Assembly: GCF_006345805.1 (NCBI RefSeq)
Contig: NC_042997.1
Location: 168,082,001-168,146,000, forward strand
Reading direction: 5' to 3'
Source of the DNA: Octopus sinensis
Taxonomy: Eukaryota
DNA length: 64,000 nt
Positions 12,711 to 24,131 of this stretch are shown here, one piece after another. The notes beneath the pieces are model-generated. The model was not told where the DNA came from and made no database searches. It worked only from the letters and a program-made list of their open reading frames with translations. The position numbers and the translations under genes were made by a program. Position 1 is the stretch's first letter. Every line of letters starts with the position of its first letter.

Positions 12711-13167
12711 GCACAAACACTGAGAGATTTATGTTTCTGAGTTTTTTAAGTTTGTTTGTTGAGCACAAATATCCAATGAAAGTATAATTTTTAAAAATCA
12801 TGCAATTAAAAACAAAATTAATTGAATAGTTCAGTAAATCTAAACACAACAGGTGTAAGTACTACTGCTAAGCACTCAGGTTTAGCAATGTAAAATAACA
12901 TAATCTACATTGAAGAAAAACACAAGAGACATCCTCTACAAGGCTGCACATTTCCTAAAAATAGCAGCCAAATCTTCCACAGCTTCAATTTTTCATCTTG
13001 ATAAAAAAAAAAAAAATGGACTTATTGGGCAGTGTAATTCAAGATATGTCATTCAAGGTAAAACAGGGTGGTCATGGATGATGGATACTTTTGATCAAAA
13101 GTGTGCCTAAGCAGTAGTAAGTTGAAGCAAAATAAACAATAACGCAACTGAACCTTTAATGAGAAAT

Positions 13168-13603
13168 CATCATCATCATCGTTTAACGTCCGCTTTCCAT
13201 GCTAGCATGGGTTGGACAGTTTGACTGAAGGCTGGCGAACCAGATGGCTGCACCAGGCTCCAGTCTTGATCGGGCAGAGTTTCTACAGCTGGATGCCCTT
13301 CCTAACGCCAACCACTCCGAGAGTGTAATGGGTGCTTTTATGTGCCACCGGCACGGGGGCCAGTCAGGCGGTACTAGCGACGACCTCGCTCAAATCTTTT
13401 TCAACATGCCACCGGCACAGGTGCTAGTAAGGCGATGCTGGTAACGATCACACTTGAATGGTGCCTTTTACATGCCACTGGCACAGAAGCCAGTTAGTCG
13501 CTCTGGCAACGATCACACTCGGATGGTGCTCTTAGTACCCTACTAGCACGGGGCACAAGGTGACGCTGGTAACGATCACACTCGAATGGTGCCTTTTATG
13601 TGC
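13168..13603 (-). mobile_element. RTE 3' UTR-only copy (tail plus minisatellite units)
   Basis: (CAT)n, shared terminal segment gatgcccttcctaacgccaaccactcc, and ~60-nt units. Confidence 0.85.
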
Positions 13604-13710
13604 AAGAAAATATGACCTTGAATATTTTCCCACTCACATAAAAATTTTTTTAAAAGACAAGAGAAAAATAAAGCTACTAAAAGATAGCAGTCAAGTTTGA
13701 TACCTTGAAT

Positions 13711-14081
13711 CTTTTACTTTTTACTTGTTCCAGTCATCTGACTGTGGTCATGCTGGAGCACACCTTGAAGAGTTTTAGTAAAACAGATCAATCCCAATAC
13801 TTATTTTTTAAAATCTAGTACTAAAGTCATAAGAATGTAAACAAACCAACAACAGTTGTCAGGCAGTGTAGGTGAAATGAACACAGGTACAGACACATAT
13901 GCGTGCGCACGCACACACACAGCCAGCTGCCACATAGTTTTCATCTACAAATTCACTCACAAAGCAATGGTTGGCTTGGAGTTATAGAAGACACTTGTCT
14001 AAGGTGCCACACAGAAGGACGGAACCCAAAATTATGTGACTGCAAAGCGAGTTTCTTAACCATACAGCCTTACCTGCACCT
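13711..14081 (-). mobile_element. tRNA-derived SINE family 2 (diverged)
   Basis: Same head, body and tail order as 45315-45693. Confidence 0.78.
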
Positions 14082-14156
14082 ATTTAAGTAATATTTACAA
14101 ATAAATATATTTATAATTGAAAACATATGCTACCTTGAGAAAAAAAATTAAAACAT

Positions 14157-14532
14157 AGGCATGACTGTGTGGTAAGAAGCATGCTTCCCAACCACATGAT
14201 TTCCAGTTCAATCCCACTACATGCCTTCTACTATAGCCTAAAGCCAACCAAAGCCCTGCAAGTGGATTTGGTAGATGGAAACTGAAAGAAGCCTGCCGTG
14301 TGTGTGTGTGTGTGTATTTGCGTGTTTGTCCCCCCCCCACTGCTGCTTGACAACTGATGCTGATGTGTTTATGTCCCCATAACTTAGCGGTTTGGCAAAA
14401 GACCAATACAATAAGTACCAGGCTTACAAAGAAAAAGTCCTGGGGTTAATTTCTTCGAGTAAAACCCTTTAAGGCAGTGCTCCAGCATGGCTGCAATCAA
14501 ATAATTGAAACAAGTAAAAGAATAAAAGAATA
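14157..14532 (+). mobile_element. tRNA-derived SINE family 2
   Basis: aggcatgactgtgtggtaag head through the aacaagtaaaagaataaaag tail, inverted relative to 13711-14081. Confidence 0.8.
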
Positions 14533-14559
14533 CACCACACTTAATTTTTAATTTACTAT

Positions 14560-14918
14560 CGCGACCGTTGCCAGTGCCACCCCGACTGGCCTCATGCCGG
14601 TAGCACGTAAAAAGCACCATCCGTTCGTGTCCGTTGCCAGCCTCGCCTGGCCCTCATGCCGGTGGCACATAAAAAGCACCATCCGTTCGTGGCCGTTTGC
14701 CAGCTCTGTCTGGCACCTGTGCAGGTGGCACGTAAAAAGCACCCACTACACTCACGGGGTGGTTGGCGTTAGGAAGGGCATCCAGCCGTAGAAACACTGC
14801 CAGATTTGACTGGGCCTGATGAAGCCTTCTGGCTTCACAGACCCCAGTAGAACCGTCCAACCCATGCTAGCATGGAAAACAGACGCTAAACGATGATGAT
14901 GATGATGATGATGATGAT
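14560..14918 (+). mobile_element. RTE 3' UTR-only copy
   Basis: ~60-nt units, ggttggcgttaggaagggcatccagc, and a (GAT)n tail. Confidence 0.85.
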
Positions 14919-15127
14919 CTTTTGAGGGTTTTTTCCCCTCACCAATGCATAAGCAGTTCAGACTGAAAGCATGTCTGAAATAAAAGGGACTAGTTTTATA
15001 AACAACAACACTACAATTAGTTGTGTGATCAGTACTCTGAACTGAATATTTTTCTAACCATTTTTAAGACCACCTCTTTATCTCGCTTCCTTACTTTTAG
15101 ATGAAGAAGGCAAACCAATCAACTTAC

Positions 15128-15185
15128 TTTGGCCATATAGCTGAGTGCAAGAACAGCAGATGAATCTGATGGGGTAAAGTCAAAG
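15128..15185 (-). CDS. HBP1: HBP1-like small exon after AXH
   Basis: Acceptor ttctaattgcAG, donor AAA|GTAAGT. Reads (S)FDFTPSDSSAVLALSYMAK, resembling the HBP1 FDFTPxDSSAV motif. It converts phase 2 to phase 0 as required. Confidence 0.9.
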
Positions 15186-16474
15186 CTGCAATTAGAAATA
15201 ATTGAATATTAGAAGAATATATTCACTGAGGAATATACCACTCCCTAATATAATTAACATATAAAGGTTTCATTATGGAAGACTATGTAGGCCCATACTT
15301 CTGGCATAACTGAATTAGCCATAGTAGTGTCCACTAAACAATAAACAAGCAACAAATTTAATAAGAAAGCATCATTATACTTATGAATTAAATTGTTTTG
15401 AAAACATATCACATTCTGTTAATCTGCACTATTCCCTTTCACTTATAATAAAATGAGTATCCCTATAGCAGTATAAGTAATTCTGGTAGGAGTATGTTAA
15501 ATTGTTAGATGAAAGAGGTCAAGAAATTGAACAATATGGCTTATACAATGTACTTTTAATGACATTCGTATACAGTGCTCAGGTGCACTACAGCTCATTA
15601 GAAAAAAAGCAGAAGTGTATGAACAGTACATGAAACAATGCACAGGAAGTAAAAAGTGAATGAGTTGTTAAAGAACAAAAAATAGGGGGAGCATCAGGTG
15701 TACTGTTAACAAATTTCAGGAAGCATGGAAGTTTTGAAGGATGCAATGTTCTGACAGTCAACAACTGGTGCAAGTAGTTTATTCCATGCTTCAGCAAATC
15801 TGAACTTGAAAAAATGGTTCCAAAAGTCATGGATGCTGTGTTGCTTTTGGATTTTGTAAAAATTCCAATGAAAATTTTGATTCTTTAGGGGCTACATAAA
15901 CACACTCCCTTCAACTTCAAATTTTTGCTTCTCAAAAATTCTTCCTTGGTCAGACTCTTCTACCTCCGTCCCACCACTGCCATCAATTATCATCATTATT
16001 ATTATTTTACATATACTGTCCATGCTGGTATGGGTTGCTTGGGTCAATAAGATCCAACAAGTTGGAGAGCATTATTAATAATCCACTGAGAAATGTTGAG
16101 AATTTGGGTTTTAAAGAAAGGAGGAGACCTTGGTAAACATGGAATGAGGTGGTGAAGGCTGTTCCCAGGATGCTGAGTCTCAAAGAGGAAATGATAATGG
16201 ACCAAGATGATTGGTGATATGCAGTGCTTGAGAAAACCCAACCATCTATGTTAGCACAGCATGTCTGAAGTTCAAACATGTGTATAAAAGCACAACTAAG
16301 TCCCTCAGTCACCTTGTCATGTCTACAACTGCTCTTCTTTATTTCTTTCCCTTTCCTCCACTTAGATGACTAGGTCTAAGTGGAGGAAAGGGAAAGAACA
16401 CTCCCTCACTTATATTTAAAATATAAAAATGCTAAAGTTAAAGAGTGTCTCAAATAATACACTAGAAAACTGAC

Positions 16475-16616
16475 CTTTGCTGGAGCGTTTCAAACACTTC
16501 ATGAGTATAAGTAGCATCATGGTGCAATGGAGGCAAACAGATATCATCTTCCTCCAGCTTCCGACATGGGATGCCATAATGCTCCACTGTTACAGCAGGA
16601 TTATAAGATGACCATC
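16475..16616 (-). CDS. HBP1: HBP1-like exon: end of AXH domain
   Basis: Acceptor aattttAG, donor AG|GTCAGT. Reads (G)WSSYNPAVTVEHYGIPCRKLEEDDICLPPLHH..., the AXH GWSS...CLPP end as seen in HBP1. Confidence 0.93.
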
Positions 16617-17243
16617 CTAAAATTAAGAGAGAGGATCAAATGAATAAACAGGGATCACATACAGCAATATAACATTATAACAATAATCTCTTAAAAGAGA
16701 AGAGCTTTAATCAGTTGAATCAACCATCAGCATATCATTGACATTCATCATTGTAATGATCATACTGGAGTGAAAAATAAAATCACCCATTCAGGAAGTG
16801 AATTCAGTAGAGAAGCACTAATGTAAAAGAGCACAATGTTTTTGTTCCAAGTTAGACTTGATCGAACAGACCTATATCAAATCATTCCAGCCATGACTAA
16901 CTTGTCTTTTTTCCAGACTTTGTATCAGGCAATGCTGCATCCAGTTTTAAAATGGTAAGGTGTGATTCAACTGACATTTATAGCAAGATAAGCAACCATA
17001 TAGAGGATCCTTTATTGGCTGATATAATAGGAAATGCATGCTTACACACATATCATAGTAAGAAATTAATACACTGCCACACAATATCATTCCAAACTAC
17101 CATGCAATAGCACATTTCCATTCAAGATACACAATAAATAACCTTCATAAACCTGTTCCCACACAGCTATAATTAATCAAAGCCTTTATTTTTTACCAAG
17201 AAATTTCAGCAAACAATAGCTTTAAAGGAATGGAAGAACTTAC

Positions 17244-17413
17244 CTTTCTCTGATACAAAAAATGGATGATCTGGTGCACATTTAGCCAACAATGAAGACT
17301 GGGTGTCAATATCTGGTGACATTTTCAAATTCAGATGCCATGCGTTGTTCTCTGAATCTTTTCCATCATATATTTTAGTCATACGAACAAGACGTAAGCC
17401 TTTTGCAGCATAG
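17244..17413 (-). CDS. HBP1: HBP1-like exon: AXH domain
   Basis: Acceptor tgtttAG, donor G|GTAAGT. Reads YAAKGLRLVRM...LLAKCAPDHPFFVSEK(G), containing the AXH HPFFV motif. Confidence 0.92.
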
Positions 17414-17634
17414 CTAAACAAATGATGGACAATAAAACAAAACAATAATTAGATTTGATAAAATGAAAACTTAGGAATGAAAGCTTAACTTTGTAATAGT
17501 AGATATTTCAACTGTTGTGAAAATCATGACACAAAGATACAGGTATGCAACACTGCTATGACATATCATCCAGACAAAAAACAAAGCACATATCAAAAGT
17601 TGAAATCAAACTCGGTGATTGGCATCCATTGCTA

Positions 17635-18060
17635 GTGGATTGCTAAGAGTACCATACGAGTGAGATCGTTGCCAGAGCAACAAGGTGGCCTTCGTGCCGA
17701 TGGCACATTAAACACACTATTCGAGCGTGATCGTTACCGTGTCTTCTTACTAGCACTTGTGCTGGTGGCACGTGAAACATTCGAGCAAGGTCATCGCCAG
17801 TGCCGCTGGACTGGCTCCTGGGCAGGTGGCACATAAAAGCACCATTTGGACGTGGCCGTTGCCAGTACCACCAAACTGGCCCTTGTACCGGTGGCACGTA
17901 AAAGCACCCACTACACTCTCAGAGTGGTTGGTGTTAGGAAGGGCATCCAGCTGTAGAAACTCTGCCAGATCAGATTGGAGTCTGGTTCGCCAGACCTCAG
18001 TCAAATCGTCCAACCCATGCTAGCATGGAAAGCGGGCATTAAATGATGATGATGATGATG
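17635..18060 (+). mobile_element. RTE 3' UTR-only copy, same subfamily as 13168-13603
   Basis: Shares diagnostic units (gtgctagtaag..ggtaacgatcac; ctctggcaacgat) in reverse complement and has a (GAT)n tail. Confidence 0.85.
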
Positions 18061-18882
18061 TCAATTTGTTTAAGGCAGAATCATTTGCACACAGGACAAA
18101 ATACTCAGTGGCATTTCATCTGTCCTTATGTTCTGAGTTTAAATTCTACCGGGGTTGACTTTGGCTTTCATCCTTTCATGGTCAATAAAATAAGTACCAG
18201 TTGAGTACTGGAGTTGATATAATTGACTTACTCCTTCCATTGAATTTGCTGGCCTTGAGCCAAAATATGAAAGCAGTATACTGTTAACCTGTTTTCTAAA
18301 ACTCTGTGATAAGCTACCACCATCAGTGTTGTTTAATAGACCCCTGAGCCTGAAAAATGGCAGTCACCAAGCGCCAAAAAGTTCACTAAACCATTTTCAC
18401 TACAGTCACTGCTAAAATTATTAACGATAAAAAGCAAAATCTGAACAGTAAAACTGAACATATGAACATGTAACATGGTCACACTATAACACTGCATAGC
18501 AATGTGTAACATTCTCACAAAACAATGAAGAATGATGCAAGTGGGTTGCTGAATACATAATGAAATAAAGGGAAATGATTAGGACTATTCAACAACAGTT
18601 GTTACTGATTGTATAGCAATGCCATTTCGCTTCCACCCTGTGGGATGTAACGACATTCAAACCTTGCCAAGAGCAATCAAAATGAAACAGTTACAATCAG
18701 GAAAAAAAACTTGTTTCAAATAGTGGACTGTTTACCTTTCTGTTTATTTCTTCCATTCTATTTTTTCATTCATCTTTTAAAAAAATTATTTCTTTCATTT
18801 TTGTATGAAACAAACTTATAATCAGCTTATTCTCAACAGGGGCCTCAACTGAATAGGGAAGTAACATACCTGACAAGGTGAG

Positions 18883-19313
18883 GGATCTTTTTGGTTTGAC
18901 TGGCAGTTTTTTCTAGTGGTGTCATATGAAATTGTCACCCGTAATTATGACCCTAGAATCAATCTATTGCATTTCAATCTGTTTTAGGGTTAGGGTTAGT
19001 TAGGGTTAGGATTAGGAGTGGAGGGAAAGGTATCTTTTTTTCTTCAGAAATGTAAATAAACCCAATCTGTTTCTTAAACGAGAGACATATTCATACGGCA
19101 CAGAATGTTTTCACCTCAATAGACGTCATTGATTGGTTGAAATTGCAGAAATTGAAGGAAAAAAACAAGTATCTTACAAACTATAGAATTTTTCTCAATA
19201 AAGCCAAGAGAAAAAGATGTTTTATAAACACATTCTACCAGTATACGAAGTTTAAAAGTGTTTAGTTACGCGGAAATTATTTTAAAAAACTGCCGGTCAA
19301 ACCGAAAAGATCC
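18883..19313. mobile_element. Non-autonomous DNA transposon with ~30-bp TIRs, 9-bp TSD and internal TTAGGG repeats
   Basis: TIR ggatctttttggtttgactggcagtttttt versus aaaaaactgccggtcaaaccgaaaagatcc (2 mismatches). Direct repeat caaggtgag at 18874-18882 and 19314-19322. Confidence 0.85.
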
Positions 19314-19397
19314 CAAGGTGAGTTATCCATCCTAAAAAACATTTCATTTACAACCAGTTCAACTGTCATGTGGATTAAATAAAAATAAAATGCTTAC

Positions 19398-19509
19398 CTG
19401 TCTTTGTTATCTTCTTTGCCACAAGAAGAAGCTGATTTGGAGAGAAGTTCAAGTCGTGCAAGTTCTTCAGCAGTTTGCCAGTTTGTCTCTGGAAATTGTA
19501 TCTGAACAC
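19398..19509 (-). CDS. HBP1: HBP1-like exon: AXH domain
   Basis: Acceptor tttcAG, donor AG|GTAAGC. Reads (G)VQIQFPETNWQTAEELARLELLSKSASSCGKEDNKD(S). Phases fit. Confidence 0.88.
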
Positions 19510-20428
19510 CTGAAATGCATTATAGAAAAGTGAATTAACAGCATTTCAAGATTATTCCTTAGTGATAAAGAAGATGGGGATTTGCAGAGCATCATTTTTA
19601 AAATTAACCATCACTTTAGTGGCAGTGAGGTAGCTTAATTGCCTTCTGTAAGTCAATTATTCTATCAGAGAGGTGCAATGAAATATCATTTAATCTTGCA
19701 ATAATGAGACTAATTTGTTGTTGCTTTTGTTTAACTTTGGATTTGTTCTTTATTGAGAGTTGTTGTTTTTTGTTTTACTTCATTTTCTCTGGAAGTGTCC
19801 TCTTCCCATTTTTAAGACAACAGCATGTAAGTTGAAAGTGATTTAGCTACTATTTCTCACATGTCAATCATAGAGATCATAAAGCTAGTGTGTTTGAAAG
19901 AGTAAAGGACAGAAATCAGGATGGTAGTGGTAGTGGATAATACAAAGTCAAGTATTTAAGTTGCAGAGAAATATGACTCTGAGAAGGACTGGTTGTGTAA
20001 TGTAATGCTGGGTAAGGTGTACATAGGATTAAACACAGAACTATGCAATAGAGTGAGGAAATATAGTGTGCGTGTTCCTTCAGAGTGAGGTTTATGACAG
20101 AACTTCTGAAACAAACTGAGGTTGTGGTAGGGGAATATGGAGAAGTAGAGTTAATGATTAAATAAGTTTAACATTTAAAAAGACACAGCAAATTCAATGT
20201 ATAAAGGTTATTTATGTAACATTATATTAATCATTTTAGGTTTTTGCCTCACTCCTATCTAAACTGGATTACAGAGTTGAGTGAACATTTTTCTATTTCT
20301 AAGGCAGAGAGAGCCACTGATATAAAGGAAGAGTCAAAGCTAACAACAGTGATAGCAAAACAAATGAAAGATAAAGATTTGAGGAATGGTGTAGGTAAAG
20401 AAAAGTCTTTACAGACATAGGTACTTAC

Positions 20429-20559
20429 CTTTCATGAAACACTGCCATACAGTTGTAGGCCAGGGATGAGACCAAGTACTGTTACCTTTACTGGAATCTT
20501 CTGGTGAAGCTGGACATGGGGCTGAGGATGATACTTGTGGATCACTGCCATCGGCACTA
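20429..20559 (-). CDS. HBP1: HBP1-like exon: start of AXH domain
   Basis: Acceptor tcattgcAG, donor G|GTAAGTAC. WSHPWPTTVWQCFMK(G) matches the HBP1 AXH start motif WPxTVWxCFxKG. Confidence 0.92.
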
Positions 20560-20896
20560 CTGCAATGACAAATCAGTAAATACTGTGATATTTGATTCTA
20601 AAAAACAAAATACACATACTCACAAATGTCCAAACACAAACAGACTTACAAACAGAACACAGATATATTAATATACACAAGAGCATCACACCAGTTCACA
20701 ATAGAGTACCCAACCAGCCTACAATACAAACAAACATTTCTATATACAAAAAAATGTTACAGGATCATTTATACACATACATTTTGCAGATACCTATACA
20801 CACATCCTCCTCATATCAACCTTACCAACACACATATCCATGTCTAGCCGTTTAATAAGTGATGTGTGAAGAAGATAGAAAATAGTAGAAACTCAC

Positions 20897-21152
20897 CTAG
20901 GTTGCTGATGTTTTAAGCTGGTGGTTTCCGTTTTTAGAAGAGGGCTTTCAGGACCTGTTGCAATAATTGCCAACTGCTGCAATTTGTTTACATCTGTGGT
21001 TGGGTTATCATCAACTGATGGCCATGTTGTTGTGGTAGGGCTACTAACAAGAGGAGAGACAGCTGAAGACAAAGTTAGAGGCATGGGCTTGCACTTCCCA
21101 CAATTGCCCTCTGTCTTAATTGTTTTTGTGTCAGCTGAATCACAGGTTATTT
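20897..21152 (-). CDS. HBP1: HBP1-like exon: Ser/Thr/Pro-rich linker
   Basis: Acceptor ttttgttgcAG, donor AG|GTGAGT. Reads (E)ITCDSADTKT...KHQQP(S) and lies within ORF 20893..21306. Confidence 0.85.
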
Positions 21153-23044
21153 CTGCAACAAAAGGAAAAAAAAATAAATAAATAACATGAACAACAACAA
21201 CAACAACAACAACAACGATGAACAACTGCTTGCCTTGTTGAATTAACAAATTACCACTAGCATCATCTATTAAGTACCTCACAATGATTGACTGTGGGAC
21301 ACACATGATACAAGGGTTTCTGCTTAGTCACTAGTATTCTATAAAACTCAGCAATATTTGAATTCAGATAATATATATCAGCAAATACACTAATCCCTAT
21401 AATACTTCCATAAATGCCAGTACTACAATGTTAATAATGATAATAATTATGATGTTTATGAGTATGACCAAAATTAATAATAATACCCATACAGCTTCCC
21501 AGTTCTTTAGCATTATCCACCGACATCATCAAATCAAGAAACATGAAGATTAAAAATCAACTATCAAAATTGTTAATGTGAGGTCCCCACCCATCTCACC
21601 CCCTTGAGAAACATGTAAATTTATTCAGTCATTTTTTTTCCCTTGGAAGCTAAAGGATACATTGTTAAACAATCAAATGAAACTAATAAATCAGAGGTTT
21701 TCTAAAAATTATTGCAGTCCAGTTTTTATTTCAGCAAGATTCTCACATCAAATTGCAATGGTCTGAATGGTAACACACTTCTTTAACTAATATACTTCAT
21801 CCATGCACCACAACACATACCTACAATTGAAAGTACTATACACCTTTGATAGAGAGTATCACCACTATAGTAACACTTCCACTGCTACAATCATCATCAT
21901 TCTCTTGACAATTTGTGCAGGTAATGAAACATTATGGTGCATTATTATGTCTACTTTTCCATACTGGCTTAACTTGGCTGGGTTTTCAATATTTCACCGT
22001 TTTCACTATAAAAATCACTTACCTAAAGATCTAACCTCATCACTTATTTTCAAACTTTCTTCAGTCCCCAGCACTTTGCACTGTCAGTACACACCACTTT
22101 CATTTTTTTTTTTAAATTCATTCTCTATCTACATCTACCAGTCTGGTTGCCTTTCTTACATATATCAGCTGATTCCTTTAATGCCCAGCTACTCTCTCAG
22201 CTCATTTATGTTACTCAATTATAACTCACTATCTACCTTCACCAATCATATAAGTTAATTTCCTCTTTTACTAAGATGGACTTTCTTTCATGGTTCATCC
22301 AACAGCTAATTACTCCTGTATTAATTATGATTTTATTCAACATATTCCCCTCTCAGATTCACACACTTATTGCAGCAGTCCTTCAGTTTTTCTAAGCCCT
22401 GTAAAAGAATTCAGAAGGTTGGGCCTCCAATCAGGTCTATTACAACTGTAGGCTTGGTTTTGTGTTAGTCTGTCACAGGTCTCATAACAACTTTTGTAAA
22501 CCAATTATTTACACTGTGCACATAGTAGTGTGCTCTTATTAACATCTCGTAAATAGTCACTTTCAGAGGGCACTGGGATTTATGTATGGTCTATTGAGTA
22601 AACACTTCTATAAGCCAACCTGCTCTCCATTTCTATTGTAACAATGAGCAAAAGTGAGTAACTACAGTGTGTATCATGAACTTCATAGGAGCGAATAATG
22701 GGTGGACTCTGCAACATGTATGATATTTACCTGCTCTCATTCATTAAACAAAACACACACACAGAGTCAAGAATTAATCACAGTAATCAATACTGGAAAT
22801 ATTAGGAATATCAGAATTATCGAGTCAAGTGTAATCCAAAATTTGGGTTTATTCAAAAATCCTTATAGATTTTAATCTATTTCATGAGCCAAAGCTAATA
22901 ATTACCAAAGATTAACTGAAAATTACTTCACTCTTGAATATATACAGGTCGGAATTAACTGGTTTATTGAAATTCTACCTATAACTCCTGAACATTGACT
23001 AATTTGCATTAATCATGATATACTGCACAAGGTACAAATATCTA

Positions 23045-24131
23045 TGAGGGGAAGTCAAAAATTATCTGCACTTTCACCATAACATATCTTTATTATTGTC
23101 AAACCACCTTCTGTGAATGCATGCTTAAAGTTGGTACTACTATGGTCATGTGATTGAAGTTTGAGCCTGATCACACCATTTTTCTTTCTGGCTTTACAGT
23201 GTAAGCATGGCCACTCCACTAGCAATGTGCACCAAAGAAGAACAAAGAGCAGTGATCCAATTTCTCTGGTCAAAAGGTGTGTTCGGTGCCGAAATTCATT
23301 GGAGGCTTTTAGCACAATTGGTTAATGGTTTCAACAGTCTGGGTGGCCATGTGTGGGCATGCATTGTCATACAACAATAAAACTTTCTTCGACAATAGGC
23401 TTCAGCATTTGGTGTAAATTGCTGGCTTCAGTTTGTTGGCCAGCAAAGCACTGTATCTTGCACTGTTAATTGTACACCCCTTTTCCAGGTAGTCTTCCAG
23501 TAGAGGCCCTTTTGAGTCCCAAAAAAGGGTTAGCATCACTTTTCCTGAGGAAGACTGAGTCTTGAGTTTCTTTGTCGCTGGTGAGCCAGGATGTTTTCGC
23601 TCCATACAATGTCTTCTGCATCCTGCCCCACAATGATGGACCCACATTTCATCTGTAACTATTCTGTTCAAAAATGATTAATCTGCAGAGAACAAGGCTA
23701 CCTCATTGATGATAACTCGCAGATTCACCATCACCATCTCATTAGTGATGGAGGTTGACAGGAATCCTGCTCCCTCTTTATGCATCACACTTGTCCGACC
23801 ACTTTTAGAATTCTTGATCCACTCATAAACACTTCTATGCAGTAGTGCATTGTTCCTGTATTGTGCTAAAAGCCTCCGATGAATTTCAGCACCTGACACA
23901 CCTTCTGACTAGAGAAATCGGATCACTGCTCTCTGTTCTTTGGTGCACACTGCTAGTGGAGCGGTCATGCTTACACTGTAAAGCCAGAAAGAAAAATGGT
24001 GCAATCAGGCTCAAACTTTCATCACAAGACCACAATAGTACCAACTATAAGCACACATGTGCACAAGACAGTGTGACAATAATAAAGATATATTATGGCA
24101 AAAAGTGCAGATAATTTTTGCTTTCCCCTCA
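23045..24131 (-). mobile_element. Defective mariner transposon with ~270-bp inverted arms
   Basis: TA on both sides and TIRs tgaggggaagtcaaaaattatctgcactt. Transposase remnants EQRAVIRFL, SGAEIHRRL, IVTDEMWVHH, GKVMLTLFWD and LYDNACPH. The region with the third catalytic Asp is replaced by an inverted 5' end. Confidence 0.9.

Noticed and set aside
14815-14840. Hammerhead-like CTGATGA-AGCC(TTCT)GGCT in an RTE tail
   Set aside because: No GAAA follows helix II, and the core is not conserved in other tail copies.
18984-19016. Chromosome end or telomere-fusion relic
   Set aside because: Only about five degenerate units, located inside a TIR element with a TSD.
23402-23899. Functional or domesticated mariner transposase (SETMAR-like)
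   Set aside because: It has stops and frameshifts, the third catalytic residue region is missing, and there are no in-phase splice sites joining it to HBP1.
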